64,000 bases of DNA from a cyanobacterium endosymbiont of Rhopalodia gibba (GCA_045159875.1 CP067995.1:960001-1024000), one strand, 5' to 3'; shown: positions 11,613 through 21,758, counted from the first letter of the stretch. Numbers and translations are program-made. The notes: generated from the letters alone by a model not told the origin.

Positions 11613-12410
11613 TTATCTCGCTGGTTGTATTCCTAAAAAATGTCGATACTTTACATAGAATCCAATCAACATCAATAAAATAATTCCAAGAGTTCCAATT
11701 CCCAAATAACTGGGTACCCAAAAAGAGGCTTCAATAGTATTGACTTGACCAGGTTTTAATGTCCAAACAATCTGACAATTTTTCTGCTCAAAAGAGGTAT
11801 TACTAACAATATTTTTAATTCCAAAAGGAGCCTTTAGAATAAATTCTAAGTCCACTAATGATCCTGTACTTAGGATAACATTGCCCTGACTCGATAAAAC
11901 TCCTAACGCTCGTAAATCTACTTCTAGATTAAGTAAATTATGTTCTAGAAATAGCCAATTACCTTGTTTCAAAGACATTCTAGCTTTAAGGTCCACTAAA
12001 TCTGAATCGTTGTCCTTAAGGGACTGAGTTGGACTAGATGTAGGAGGATTAAAAAATTTATTGAATTTCTCAATCAGTTCTTTACCATTCCCGAAAGGGA
12101 TTTTGACAAATATCTCTCGGGGAGATATTCGGTTAGCTTTTCCTTGAAGATTTTCTGCCCTTTTTTCAAGACTATCTAACCATTTATTAGCTTCCGTTTG
12201 ACTTAAATTAGTTAACTGTTCAGCCAAGCTAATATGTTGTACAATTTCCCCTCGATGTTGTTGAAAAAAATCGACACTTACACCATAGTGAACACAGCCA
12301 CTTAATAGGGTTAATAAACTAATAACTAGAGGTGCTAAAAAAAACCTTAACAAACTTTTAAATGTCTGTTCTCCACTTTTTTGGTTGAAATACTGTTCTT
12401 GATTTTTCAC
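11613..12410 (-). CDS. DUF3153-domain membrane-anchored lipoprotein-like protein
   Basis: Lipobox-like LLSGC, VWTLKPGQVNTIEASFWVPSYLGIG and a C-terminal TM helix; typical of cyanobacterial DUF3153. Confidence 0.75.
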   Translation of the reverse strand: MKNQEQYFNQKSGEQTFKSLLRFFLAPLVISLLTLLSGCVHYGVSVDFFQQHRGEIVQHISLAEQLTNLSQTEANKWLDSLEKRAENLQGKANRISPREIFVKIPFGNGKELIEKFNKFFNPPTSSPTQSLKDNDSDLVDLKARMSLKQGNWLFLEHNLLNLEVDLRALGVLSSQGNVILSTGSLVDLEFILKAPFGIKNIVSNTSFEQKNCQIVWTLKPGQVNTIEASFWVPSYLGIGTLGIILLMLIGFYVKYRHFLGIQPAR

Positions 12411-12436
12411 GGTTAACCATTAACTTTTAACTAAAA

Positions 12437-14689
12437 TTAGTCATCGTCCCAATCATCATTTCTAGCGGAGCTCCCACCTCCAACAGTTACTAAATCAATC
12501 TGCTGACGATAATAATCTACACTTTTTACCTCTACTTCAACTTCATCTCCTAAACGATAAGCAATGCGATTTTTTCTTCCTACTAAACAACCATGACGGG
12601 CGCGATATTCATACCAATCGTCTTTTAAAGAACTAACATGAACGAGTCCTTCTACCAATAGGTCTTCAATTTCGACAAAGAAACCATAGGATTGAACTCC
12701 CGTAATCAACCCTCGAAAAACTTGTCCAGTACGTTCTTTCATTTTTTCAGCCTTCTTCAAGCCATCGAGATCTTTTTCTGCGTCTTCAGCTAACTTTTCA
12801 CGATCGTTAAGATGAGAAACTAAGATGTGAAATTCTTCTTCAAGACTTTCTTGCATTGCAGGTGGTAAAACATTCCAGTTAATGTCAATATGACAACGAC
12901 TGCTGTGGAGATCTACCCCCGTTTTAGTCTGTTTGGTACGACGATCACGCCCTTCACTAAACAATAACTTAATCATACGTTGTACTAATAAATCTCCATA
13001 TCGTTGACCAGGAGAGACACAATGGGTATAACAATCATGATAAGCTAAACCAAAATGGGGAGCCGAATGACTACTGTATTTAGCAGATTTTAGGGTGTCT
13101 TTCAAAAGAAAATTTAACACCCGCACCGATGAACATTGATTAAATCCTTGAGTCAAATTGTAATAATCTTGAGCGGTAATCTCCTCCTCCGAAGAGAGTT
13201 GTATCTCTATTCCTAAATTATCTACCAGTTTCAGTAAATCTTCTAATTCTTCCCAATCAGGTTCAGGTTGAGCACAATAAAGGGAAGGAATTCCTAAAGC
13301 GTAAAGATGATCGGCTACCGATTTTCCTGCTAGGATTACTAACTCCATCAACAGCGATCGCACAGGAACCTTGGATGAAGCAATAATGACTCCTAAGCGG
13401 CCTTCATCTTGATAAGGTGATCGCGGCTCTAACTGTAGTTCAAACCCTCCTCGTTGTAACCGTTGTGCTTTAACTAAGGGACTAAGGATAAAAAATAGTT
13501 GGTTGAGACATTGAGCTAATTCTTCTTGTTCCGCAGGAACCTGGTCAAGATGGGCTAATAACCCTTGAGCTTCCTGGTAAGTCAGTTGTTCATTAACATT
13601 GATAACTGTTGACTGAATTTCGAATTCAGTCATTTGACCATTTTTATCAAAGGTAATTAACACTGAAATAGTTAAACAATCCTTTTCTGGGACAATACAA
13701 CAACAGTCAGTTAAAGCCTTTGGCAATAAGGGAAGAACTTTTTCACCTAAATAAATCGTTGTCCCTCGTTTTTTTGCCGTTTTATCGAGGAGCGAATCAG
13801 GAGTAACATAATGAGCAACATCAGTAATATGAACACCTAATTGCCAGTATTGATTGGGAGTTTTTTCAAGGGTAAAAGCTGTTTCAACAAAAGGAGGATG
13901 GTCTCGTTGCTCATCTTCAACAAAGGTAAACGTAAACTTTTGACGCAAATCAACCCGCCTATCAATTTCAGCTTGATCAACGGTTTTTGGTAAGGCTTCC
14001 GCCAGTCGTTCCACCGCTTCGGGAAAAATTTGGGGCAAATCGTGTTTACAACAGACAATATCTGTATCAGCAGCTTCTTCAGCATCACTTCCTAAAATAC
14101 GGGTGATAGTTCCCCAGGGGGAATGTTCTCCAATCGGATAGCGTATTACCGAGACGTGAACTAAATGGTTTACTGCTTGTTCTAAACTATTCTCATTCTG
14201 TTTAAGTAGAAGTTCAAATAATAAGCGATCATCGAGAGGAATTGCTCTATAGTCTCCATCATCCATCTTTACTTGGGCAAGTAAAGATGGATTTGCCCGT
14301 TCCAAAATCAATTTCACTTCTCCTTCTGGAGAACGACGACGAGTGCCTTCTTTAATTACTTTAACGAGGACGCGGTCACCGTTCCAGGCATTGCTCAAAT
14401 GGGTTTCTCGTACATAGATATCATCAGCGTCTTCTTCATCTTGAATGGCAAAACAAAAACCCTTGCTTGAACAGCGTAATTTAGCTTCAACCAGATTTTT
14501 CTCTATAAAACGGCGATATTTTCCTCTCTCCTTAACTAAAACTCCAATTTTTTCTAGAATATCTAAAATGATTTGGAGCTTTTCGATGCTTTCTTCATCT
14601 TCACACCCCAACTTTTTCTCCAGAAATTTAGCCGCGACTAATTTGTCATCTGTAAAATTGGACAAAAGTGTAGCGATTGAAAATTCCAT
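12437..14689 (-). CDS. zam: Ribonuclease R/II family protein (Zam-type)
   Basis: MEFSIATLL N-terminus, cold-shock OB domains (CSSKGFCFAIQ), RNB-like core and C-terminal S1 domain (ITGVQSYGFFVEI...EGLVHVSSL). Confidence 0.88.
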   Translation of the reverse strand: MEFSIATLLSNFTDDKLVAAKFLEKKLGCEDEESIEKLQIILDILEKIGVLVKERGKYRRFIEKNLVEAKLRCSSKGFCFAIQDEEDADDIYVRETHLSNAWNGDRVLVKVIKEGTRRRSPEGEVKLILERANPSLLAQVKMDDGDYRAIPLDDRLLFELLLKQNENSLEQAVNHLVHVSVIRYPIGEHSPWGTITRILGSDAEEAADTDIVCCKHDLPQIFPEAVERLAEALPKTVDQAEIDRRVDLRQKFTFTFVEDEQRDHPPFVETAFTLEKTPNQYWQLGVHITDVAHYVTPDSLLDKTAKKRGTTIYLGEKVLPLLPKALTDCCCIVPEKDCLTISVLITFDKNGQMTEFEIQSTVINVNEQLTYQEAQGLLAHLDQVPAEQEELAQCLNQLFFILSPLVKAQRLQRGGFELQLEPRSPYQDEGRLGVIIASSKVPVRSLLMELVILAGKSVADHLYALGIPSLYCAQPEPDWEELEDLLKLVDNLGIEIQLSSEEEITAQDYYNLTQGFNQCSSVRVLNFLLKDTLKSAKYSSHSAPHFGLAYHDCYTHCVSPGQRYGDLLVQRMIKLLFSEGRDRRTKQTKTGVDLHSSRCHIDINWNVLPPAMQESLEEEFHILVSHLNDREKLAEDAEKDLDGLKKAEKMKERTGQVFRGLITGVQSYGFFVEIEDLLVEGLVHVSSLKDDWYEYRARHGCLVGRKNRIAYRLGDEVEVEVKSVDYYRQQIDLVTVGGGSSARNDDWDDD

Positions 14690-15486
14690 TTACCTATTAA
14701 TCTTCCTTACTAAATGTGAGTGGATCTTATTGGTGGCTGGAATCATAGAAGAGTAGTTGCTCGACAGCTCCCTAAACTGTTATGTCTTCTATACCCGACA
14801 CCATGAAGCAAGAAAAGTTCTTTCTTCAATGAGGAGATTGCCTAGTTAGTTAGGGAGCTTAGCTAACTAAGATGGTGGCTCAGTTAAGTGATTGCCGTCT
14901 TTATTCTGTCTTCATTCTTAAGATAAAAATCTTTAGAATGGCTAAGTTAGCTTTCCCAATTATACCTCTGTTTACAATCAAGAAGCGACCCTTGATATAT
15001 CTGGATTTGCCGCATTATTTATTCTTGGAGATCTGAATCTATATTAGCAGTGAAGTTGCTCCTAGGAACCTTTGATTTTGTACTTTAAAAGTCGTGTCCT
15101 ACGAGAACAGAGTGAGAGTCGAGTCGTATTATCTAGTGAGAAGAACTACTCTCATTGGAGGTCAACTCTGTCTAAGGTGGGTGTGAGGAACTAATCCGTT
15201 GACACTTTCCTTTCACAAACTTATCCGAATTTTAATTTTACCAAGGTTAAGTGACACTTGCGAGGTTTGTCTTTGACAAAAGTGAAAGTCAGTATTTATT
15301 TTTTATGTCATTTTAGATTTCTTTAACGAGTCACGTAAGCGCACAGCGCAGCCTTCCATACCAAACAATAGGACTTTCCTGCTTCACTAACTTTGTTCAT
15401 ATAGAAAATGTTGCCATTTATCCACCTCTATCCAGATACTTCTAAAATTAGCGTTAACGACTATCTATCAGCCGTAAATGTATTGT

Positions 15487-15524
15487 TTTAAAACTATCAG
15501 AAAAGCTTTTCTGATAGTTTTAAA
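15487..15524. repeat. 38 bp perfect palindrome
   Basis: tttaaaactatcagaaaag|cttttctgatagttttaaa: 19 bp arms with no spacer. Confidence 0.9.
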
Positions 15525-15993
15525 CTTTTTAGTGTTTTTGATTGTCTGGCAAAACCCAGGCAACCTTCTTTATCTCCAACAGTTAGGGCAATAGGGTTCT
15601 TTCTTTAATTTCCTAGCTCATTTCTAGATATCGATTAGACTTTACTTCATCTTCTTTTCTAGCTTTGTCGTCAAGCCCCGTCAAGCCATCAGAACGCTTT
15701 CATTTTGATGTCGGAGGTATATTCCCCTACAGCTTGATGCGTTCCGTTCGTTTATAGCACAGGGCTTACCAACAGTATAAGAAATAGGTTTACCCGGATA
15801 TAGAAATCTCTTTATTAAGAGCAATACAAAATATTTCTATAAATTCTATAAAGAGAAATTCTAAACTTCACGAATTCATAAAATCAAAGTGTGTTTATAT
15901 TTGACTTGTTTTTCTTCAATACTTTCCTACCTTTATTCCCCGTAATAGTACCAATAAACTAAATAAAGATAGTAGCGGGTAGCTCAAAAAATT

Positions 15994-16929
15994 ATGTTGA
16001 CTAAATTCAGAATTCTTTATCCTCAAGGCGGTGTAATCAGTGAATTAGTAGCAATTGATCACGCAAAAAAGTATATGATGCGGGTCCTAATAAAAGTTGG
16101 ATCAACTACTTTAGGGGCAGGTTTAGTCGGAGCTAATACTGTCGAAGAAGCTGAAGATGCTGTGAGAAACAGAGCTTTAAAGTTACTAAAGCTTGATAGT
16201 GTTTCCTTAAACCAGAATAGTCTCAACACTCCTTAAGCTCAAAAAAACCACGATTCAGACACAATAGCAACAAAAATTACAATCCATGAACCATCTTTTT
16301 CCTCTAAAGTTTCGAACATTTCGGTAGTTGCTCAAACCTACTATGAAACACCATTACCTAAGCAACAAGTTCCAGTCGCGACTTCTGTAAAAGTTCCCTA
16401 AACTCCTATAGTAGAGGCGAGCTACTCTGAACTATCAGCTTTTGCTGAGAAAACTACAAGCCAATCTTCAAGTCCAGTATTATTGATTTCTAACATCGAT
16501 GAAATCATAAATGAACCAGTAGAGAAAGTTTTTCTAAAACCCTCCTTAGTAGACGAAAATTCTACTAGTCCTAATGTAAAATTAGCTGAACCGATGGAAG
16601 ATGTTTCCCCAAGCTCTTCTCAAATATAAGAAACATTTATTTCAACATCAGAGATAGGAAAAATTTCAACGTCAATGACCATAATAAGCCAAGAGCTTCC
16701 AGAAGTATCTTTTTCCGAAGAACAATCTCCCCTAACAAAAATTGAAGAACCTCGTGAGTTTTCGGAAATTATTGCCCGTTCTAATACAGAGATGAAACGT
16801 TTGGGCTGGACAAAAGTGCAAGGACGCGAATATTTGATTCAAACTTATGGAAAGCAATCACGTCAAATCCTCTCTGATGAGGAACTCCTCGAATTTTTGT
16901 ATTACCTTGAAAGTTTACCAACTCCTTAA
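15994..16929 (+). pseudogene. Conserved cyanobacterial hypothetical protein split by in-frame stops
   Basis: ORFs 15994..16236 and 16675..16929 are in the same frame. N-terminus FR..YPQGGVISELVAID and C-terminus EMKRLGWT..QGREYLIQTYGK.SRQ.LSDEELLEFL match the two ends of one family. The Ser/Pro/Glu-rich linker carries TAA stops. Confidence 0.75.
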
Positions 16930-17051
16930 CTTCTCTTAAAAGTTGAGGGAAAGAATCATTTTTTAAAATAACTCAGTAACGCTTGTTAGCTAAACTAATT
17001 TAGGGGTTAACCGTCGCTGTTGACCCCCACCTTGGATTTTCCCCTAATTTC

Positions 17052-17663
17052 CTAATTAATAGCAGCAGGGGGAGGATTGCTAACCGAAGGACGACGGTTA
17101 ATCACTTGGTCAATTAGTCCGTATCTTTGAGATTCTTCAGCAGACATGAAAAAGTCTCGTTCCGTGTCTTGAACGATCTGCTCAAGGGGTTTTCCTGTGT
17201 GATGTGCTAAGTGCTCATTGAGTAGTTGCTTTAGATAAAGAATCTCTCTAGCTTGAATTTCAATGTCTGTGGCTTGTCCCTGAGCGCCTCCCAGAGGTTG
17301 GTGAATCATAATACGAGAATTAGGCAAGCTCATCCTTTTTCCTTTAGCTCCTGCGCTGAGAAGGAAAGCTCCCATGCTAGCAGCTAACCCAATGCAGATT
17401 GTAGAGACATCAGGACGGATTTGGTTCATGGTATCAAAAATTCCTAGTCCTGCCGACACAGACCCTCCTGGAGAGTTAATATAAAGATAAATGTCCTTCT
17501 CTGGATCTTCTGATTCAAGGAATAATAACTGAGCAACAATAAGGTTAGCATTCTCGTCTCTGACCTCTTGTCCCAAAAAGACAATACGTTCACGTAACAG
17601 ACGAGAGTAAATATCAAATGCGCGTTCACCACGCCCAGAAGTTTCAATAACGGTAGGAATCAT
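17052..17663 (-). CDS. clpP: ATP-dependent Clp protease proteolytic subunit; likely start ATG 17663
   Basis: [37 protein letters not shown] (catalytic Ser) and RIMIHQP (His). Confidence 0.97.
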   Translation of the reverse strand: MIPTVIETSGRGERAFDIYSRLLRERIVFLGQEVRDENANLIVAQLLFLESEDPEKDIYLYINSPGGSVSAGLGIFDTMNQIRPDVSTICIGLAASMGAFLLSAGAKGKRMSLPNSRIMIHQPLGGAQGQATDIEIQAREILYLKQLLNEHLAHHTGKPLEQIVQDTERDFFMSAEESQRYGLIDQVINRRPSVSNPPPAAIN

Positions 17664-18145
17664 AGAGTCTCTATCTTTTGGTGTCTTCCTTTTGATTTTA
17701 GCGAGTTTGTTCGTGTGTTGAACCTCATATTTTCTAAATGAGACACTCATAAGCTTTATCAAATACGCTTTATATGGCGGTAAGTTACAGTTAAAATACA
17801 CTAAATAATGTCAAGTTAAACTATATTGATATTCATTCAAAATTCTACTTAATTTATTTGTATATTCATCACTCAGGAAGTTATAAGTCTTGATTTGAAT
17901 TAATCTAGAGTTAGTGCGTTATTCAATAAAGTGCTGAAGAAAAATGGAAAGTAGCGTGTCTAGAACTAGAATAAACAACATTGGGTTTTGGTAGATAATT
18001 TTGTAGAACAAAAGATTTTTATCTTTAAATTAAGTATCCTTCGCTTATCACGTTTGTCGAGTATACTCTGTCTTCAGACTAATTGCTCTTTTGGCTTTAA
18101 CTTTTTAATCCTCACCTTGACTAGAAATCAGCTAATAAGGACAAA

Positions 18146-18233
18146 GTTTTTGGTATTTATCAAGTTCGTTTTTGGTATTTATCAAGTTCGTTTTTGGTAT
18201 TTATCAAGTTCGTTTTTGGTATTTATCAAGTTC
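18146..18233. repeat. Perfect tandem repeat, 4 x 22 bp (gtttttggtatttatcaagttc)
   Basis: Four identical units start at 18146, 18168, 18190 and 18212 with no spacers. Confidence 0.97.
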
Positions 18234-18277
18234 CTAACTAATAGAAGCGATATCAACAAGCTTGCTCGGTTTGGCAG

Positions 18278-18309
18278 GGTTTTCGTTTTTTGATCAAAAA
18301 ACGAAAACC
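18278..18309. repeat. 32 bp perfect palindrome centred on GATC
   Basis: ggttttcgttttttga|tcaaaaaacgaaaacc. Confidence 0.92.
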
Positions 18310-18483
18310 GTCTTTATTGAACTAATCTTTTAGTTAGAGCTAACATTTTTAAAATTAGATAAACTCTTTTTAAGGTGATACGCTTTTGCTTGTTACATTG
18401 AGTGAGCGATATAACCCGTTGGTTCTACCGAGTTAAAAAAGTTTAATATTTGTGTAGATGTAATCGTTATTTTAAAATTACTT

Positions 18484-19788
18484 ATGACTTCAACTTTGCT
18501 TAAAACCTCAGCTTTCAATGCTCCCATAATTCATATTCTTCCCAATGGGTTGACCATCATTGCTGAACAAATACCAGTTGAAGTGAGCAATTTTAACCAG
18601 AGGTTGAAATTATGGTCTGCGTTGAAGTCTAATGATATTCATGGGATAGCGCATTTCTTAGAACATATGCTCTTTAAAGGAACCTCTCGTCTCAAAAGTG
18701 GAGAACTTGAACGATTAGTTGAAGAACGAGTAGCACTGACCAATGCAGCGACTTCGCAAGATTATACCCATTACTACATCAATTGTGTGCCTTAAGATTT
18801 CAAAGACCTTGCCCCATTGTAATTAGATATGGTGTTCAATCTTAATATTGTTGATGAGGCATTTGAACGAGAACGATTAGTAGTTTTAGAAGGAAGAAAT
18901 CAGCCGGTTAAATTATAATCCTCGTCTTCGGACTTTTTACCGGGCGATAGAGACTTGTTTTGAGGTCTTGCTCTATCGTCGTCGCGTGCTAGGACCAGCA
19001 TCTACCATTGAAGGACTAATTGCCCAACAAATGCAAGACTTTCACGAAACTTAGTATCAACCTGAATCAGTAACAGCAGTGACAGTGGGTAATCTTCCTG
19101 CAGAAATGTTAATTTACATTGTAGCGAAGAGTTTTAGTCAAACCTGTAGGTCTTCTAGTATTAAGCCAAAAAATGTACAAGAGAAAAAATCGGTTTAGTT
19201 TTTACCTGAAGTTCCTTTTACTAAAATTGTGCGTCGGGAATTTAGTAATTTCAGTTTACGGCAATCTCGCTTAATAATGATGTGGCGAGTTCTTGGTTTA
19301 GTTGAATTAGATAGAATCTATCCTTTGGATGTATTAGCAGTTGTTTTAGTACAAGAAAAAATATCGTGGTTATTTCCGAAATTACTCGAAGACAAGAAAT
19401 TAGTTTTCTATATTAACGTTAACAATATAACAAAAAAAATTGAGAAATATTTTATATATTAACTTAATTACTATCAGAAAATATTCTGTAGGTGGAACAA
19501 ATTATCATTAAGCATATTACCAATATTAGGCAAATATCGGTGATGTAAACTGAATTGAATCGTGTACGGATTTAGGTGACTCATCGGCTTGTGTTTAGTA
19601 GTGATAGTCCGAACAATCGTGCTAATCTTTATGGTTATTATTATTCTCAGTTACAGGATTTAGAATCAGCTTTGACCTATCTAAGTTGTATACAATTTCC
19701 GAGTCTAGAAAATATCCAACAAACTGCTTTTGCTTATTTGTCTTCTGAATCAGATGGTATTACAATAGTATATTTTACTGATAAATAA
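18484..19788 (+). pseudogene. M16 (pitrilysin/processing) zinc peptidase pseudogene
   Basis: N-terminal fragment has the HxxEH motif (GIAHFLEHMLFKG) and NAATSQDYTHYY. Downstream fragments (FERERLVVLE, 19229..19462, 19576..19788 NRANLYGYYYS) are separated by many stops and frameshifts. Confidence 0.9.
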
Positions 19789-19808
19789 TTAGTAATTACT
19801 AAACAAAA

Positions 19809-20678
19809 ATGTGGACAGAAATTGCTCAACATATTTCTCAGGCTACTCAACAGGAGTTTCAGATTAAAAACCGACGTTCTGTTAATGGAGGTTGTATCAA
19901 TCAATGTTACTCCTTGATTGGGGATAACATTACTTATTTTGTCAAAATTAATCAAGCTTCCCAGGTAGAAATGTTTGCAGCTGAAGCATTGGGTTTAAAA
20001 CAAATATCAAACACTAAGACCATTCGTGTTCCTCAAGTAATTTGTTGGGGAATAGCCGAAAAAACTAGTTATATTGTACTTGAGTGGATAGAATTTTGTC
20101 GAGGGACTAATCAATCTTGGGAGGAGATGGGACGTAAATTGGGGACAATGCATCGCCATCAAGGGGCTGATCAATTCGGTTGGGAACAAAACAATACGAT
20201 TGGTTCTATCTCTCAGATAAATATTTGGACTGATAGTTGGGCGGATTTTTTTGCAGAATACCGTGTTGGTTATCAATTAAAGTTGGCAAGACGACGTGAG
20301 GGAAATTTTTCTGACTGTACTCAAGTTGTGGAGATGGTTAGGGAGTTATTAGCCGATAGAAAACCCCAACCTTCTTTGGTACACGGAGACTTGTGGGCAG
20401 GAAATGTAGCGGTAACTCAGGAAGGAGAACCGGTTATTTTAGATCCTGCTATTTATTATGGCGATCATGAAGTCGATTTAGCGATGACAGAACTATTTGG
20501 GGGATTTTCTGGTAGATTTTATAGAGGCTATAATGAAGTTTTTCCTTTAGAAAAAGGTTACCAAAAACGCAAAACAATTTACAATCTATATCATATCCTA
20601 AATCATTTCAATTCGTTTGGAAGTGGATATCGTTCCCAGGTTGATCGAATGATTCAGACAATTCTAACTAGTGGATAA
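19809..20678 (+). CDS. Fructosamine/ketosamine-3-kinase family protein
   Basis: GGCIN, YFVK, MFAAEALGL, PSLVHGDLWAGN and DPAIYYGDHEVDLAMTELFGGF. Confidence 0.93.
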   Translation: MWTEIAQHISQATQQEFQIKNRRSVNGGCINQCYSLIGDNITYFVKINQASQVEMFAAEALGLKQISNTKTIRVPQVICWGIAEKTSYIVLEWIEFCRGTNQSWEEMGRKLGTMHRHQGADQFGWEQNNTIGSISQINIWTDSWADFFAEYRVGYQLKLARRREGNFSDCTQVVEMVRELLADRKPQPSLVHGDLWAGNVAVTQEGEPVILDPAIYYGDHEVDLAMTELFGGFSGRFYRGYNEVFPLEKGYQKRKTIYNLYHILNHFNSFGSGYRSQVDRMIQTILTSG

Positions 20679-20739
20679 TGCTAAGAGACTGAAAGTGTAT
20701 ACCCAAGTTGAGGGAGATATTATATCTTGTTATCAGCTA

Positions 20740-21173
20740 TTATTTAGATTGACAATAACTATTCATTCTATTTCCCAATTTTGGTTCTTTTTGACCTAAT
20801 TGTTGTAGTTGTTGTTGCATTAACTTAACCGTGTTGATATCCTTTTTTTGTAATGCAAATATGAACTGCCGAGTTGTTTGAGCGTATCCTTGGTAAATGT
20901 TAGCAAATCCTAGCTGATATTTAACTAATTTTTCATCAGAAATAGATAGATTTTTCATCTCAGCTGCTGCTTTCTCAAAAGAGTCAGCCACTTGTAATGC
21001 TTTTTGAATATCCTCTGTTCTACGATTAGCTCGGCTTTCTTTAGCAATTGCTTGAGTAATTGAGATTATTTTTTTACATTGAGAAACTCTATTTTCCGAA
21101 CAACTAACCAAAATCATACTCGGTAAAATAACTAAAAATAAAGCATTTATAATTTTTTTTTTAAGAAAGTCAT
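20740..21173 (-). CDS. Hypothetical lipoprotein. The signal-peptide ATG (21173) is out of frame at an A10 tract, so it may be a pseudogene.
   Basis: ORF 20740..21117 starts MILVSC (lipobox). Adding one A to the 21153-21162 run gives MTFLKKKIINALFLVILPSMILVSC, a complete lipoprotein signal peptide. Confidence 0.65.
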
Positions 21174-21178
21174 TTGAA

Positions 21179-21463
21179 CTAATTAGAAAAAATAGTACTG
21201 GTTACTAGAGTTCGGAGAATATTAGTTAGCCGAGTCAACTGCTCCTTTGATTCACTTTGGCTATCCACTAAGGTTTGTACAGATTCAGTTAAAGCAAATA
21301 TCTGATATCCTTGCTGTTGAATTTGATTTTCTTGTCGTTCTATTTTTTCAGATATATCATTTATTTTTTTTGTCAATTTTTCTACTGTATTTGTAGTTGC
21401 AATTATGGTTTCTCCCATATGTTTTATGATGCTGGTTAATTGCTCAGTTTGATCACTCATCAT
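21179..21463 (-). CDS. Hypothetical coiled-coil protein
   Basis: 94 aa intact ORF with heptad character (QIQQQGYQIFALTESVQTL), directly upstream of the lipoprotein. Confidence 0.7.
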   Translation of the reverse strand: MMSDQTEQLTSIIKHMGETIIATTNTVEKLTKKINDISEKIERQENQIQQQGYQIFALTESVQTLVDSQSESKEQLTRLTNILRTLVTSTIFSN

Positions 21464-21622
21464 ATTATTTTCCTTGGTTGAATAGATAAATATTATATAA
21501 TAATATTTATCTTTAGTGAAGGTTTAGTGAAGGATATTTTTTATGGTTTTAAAGTGGTAATTTAACAAGTTTATTAATTTGGCAAGTTGACACTTAGTAT
21601 AATCTACGCGAAACAGGTTTTA

Positions 21623-21652
21623 AGTTTACCTCGCGGGCAAGTGAGGTAAACT
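21623..21652. terminator. Hairpin downstream of galE
   Basis: agtttacctcgc-gggcaa-gtgaggtaaact. Confidence 0.55.
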
Positions 21653-21758
21653 GTGTATTACTGGCTGAGTACCTTAATTTTAGCCATCATTAAGATATCT
21701 AAACCCATCACAAATCCGTAAGTTTTAAGAATTTTTAGCTAAAAATTAGACATTTTTC

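Noticed and set aside
15000..15800. Moderately GC-rich stretch considered as a group II intron, IS200/IS605 remnant or ncRNA
   Set aside because: No domain V motif, transposase or TnpB motifs, or terminal repeats are recognisable. It is probably decayed genes that I cannot identify.
17664..17801. N-terminal extensions given by the ORF track for clpP (and similarly minC, nusG, rplJ, msrA)
   Set aside because: Family N-termini and RBS positions support the downstream ATG starts.
18146..18233. Possible CRISPR array
   Set aside because: The repeats are directly adjacent with no unique spacers, and there are no cas genes in the window.
17988..18293. 101 aa ORF spanning the tandem repeat
   Set aside because: The translation is low-complexity and derived from the repeat, the 22 bp unit is not a multiple of 3, and there is no recognisable domain.
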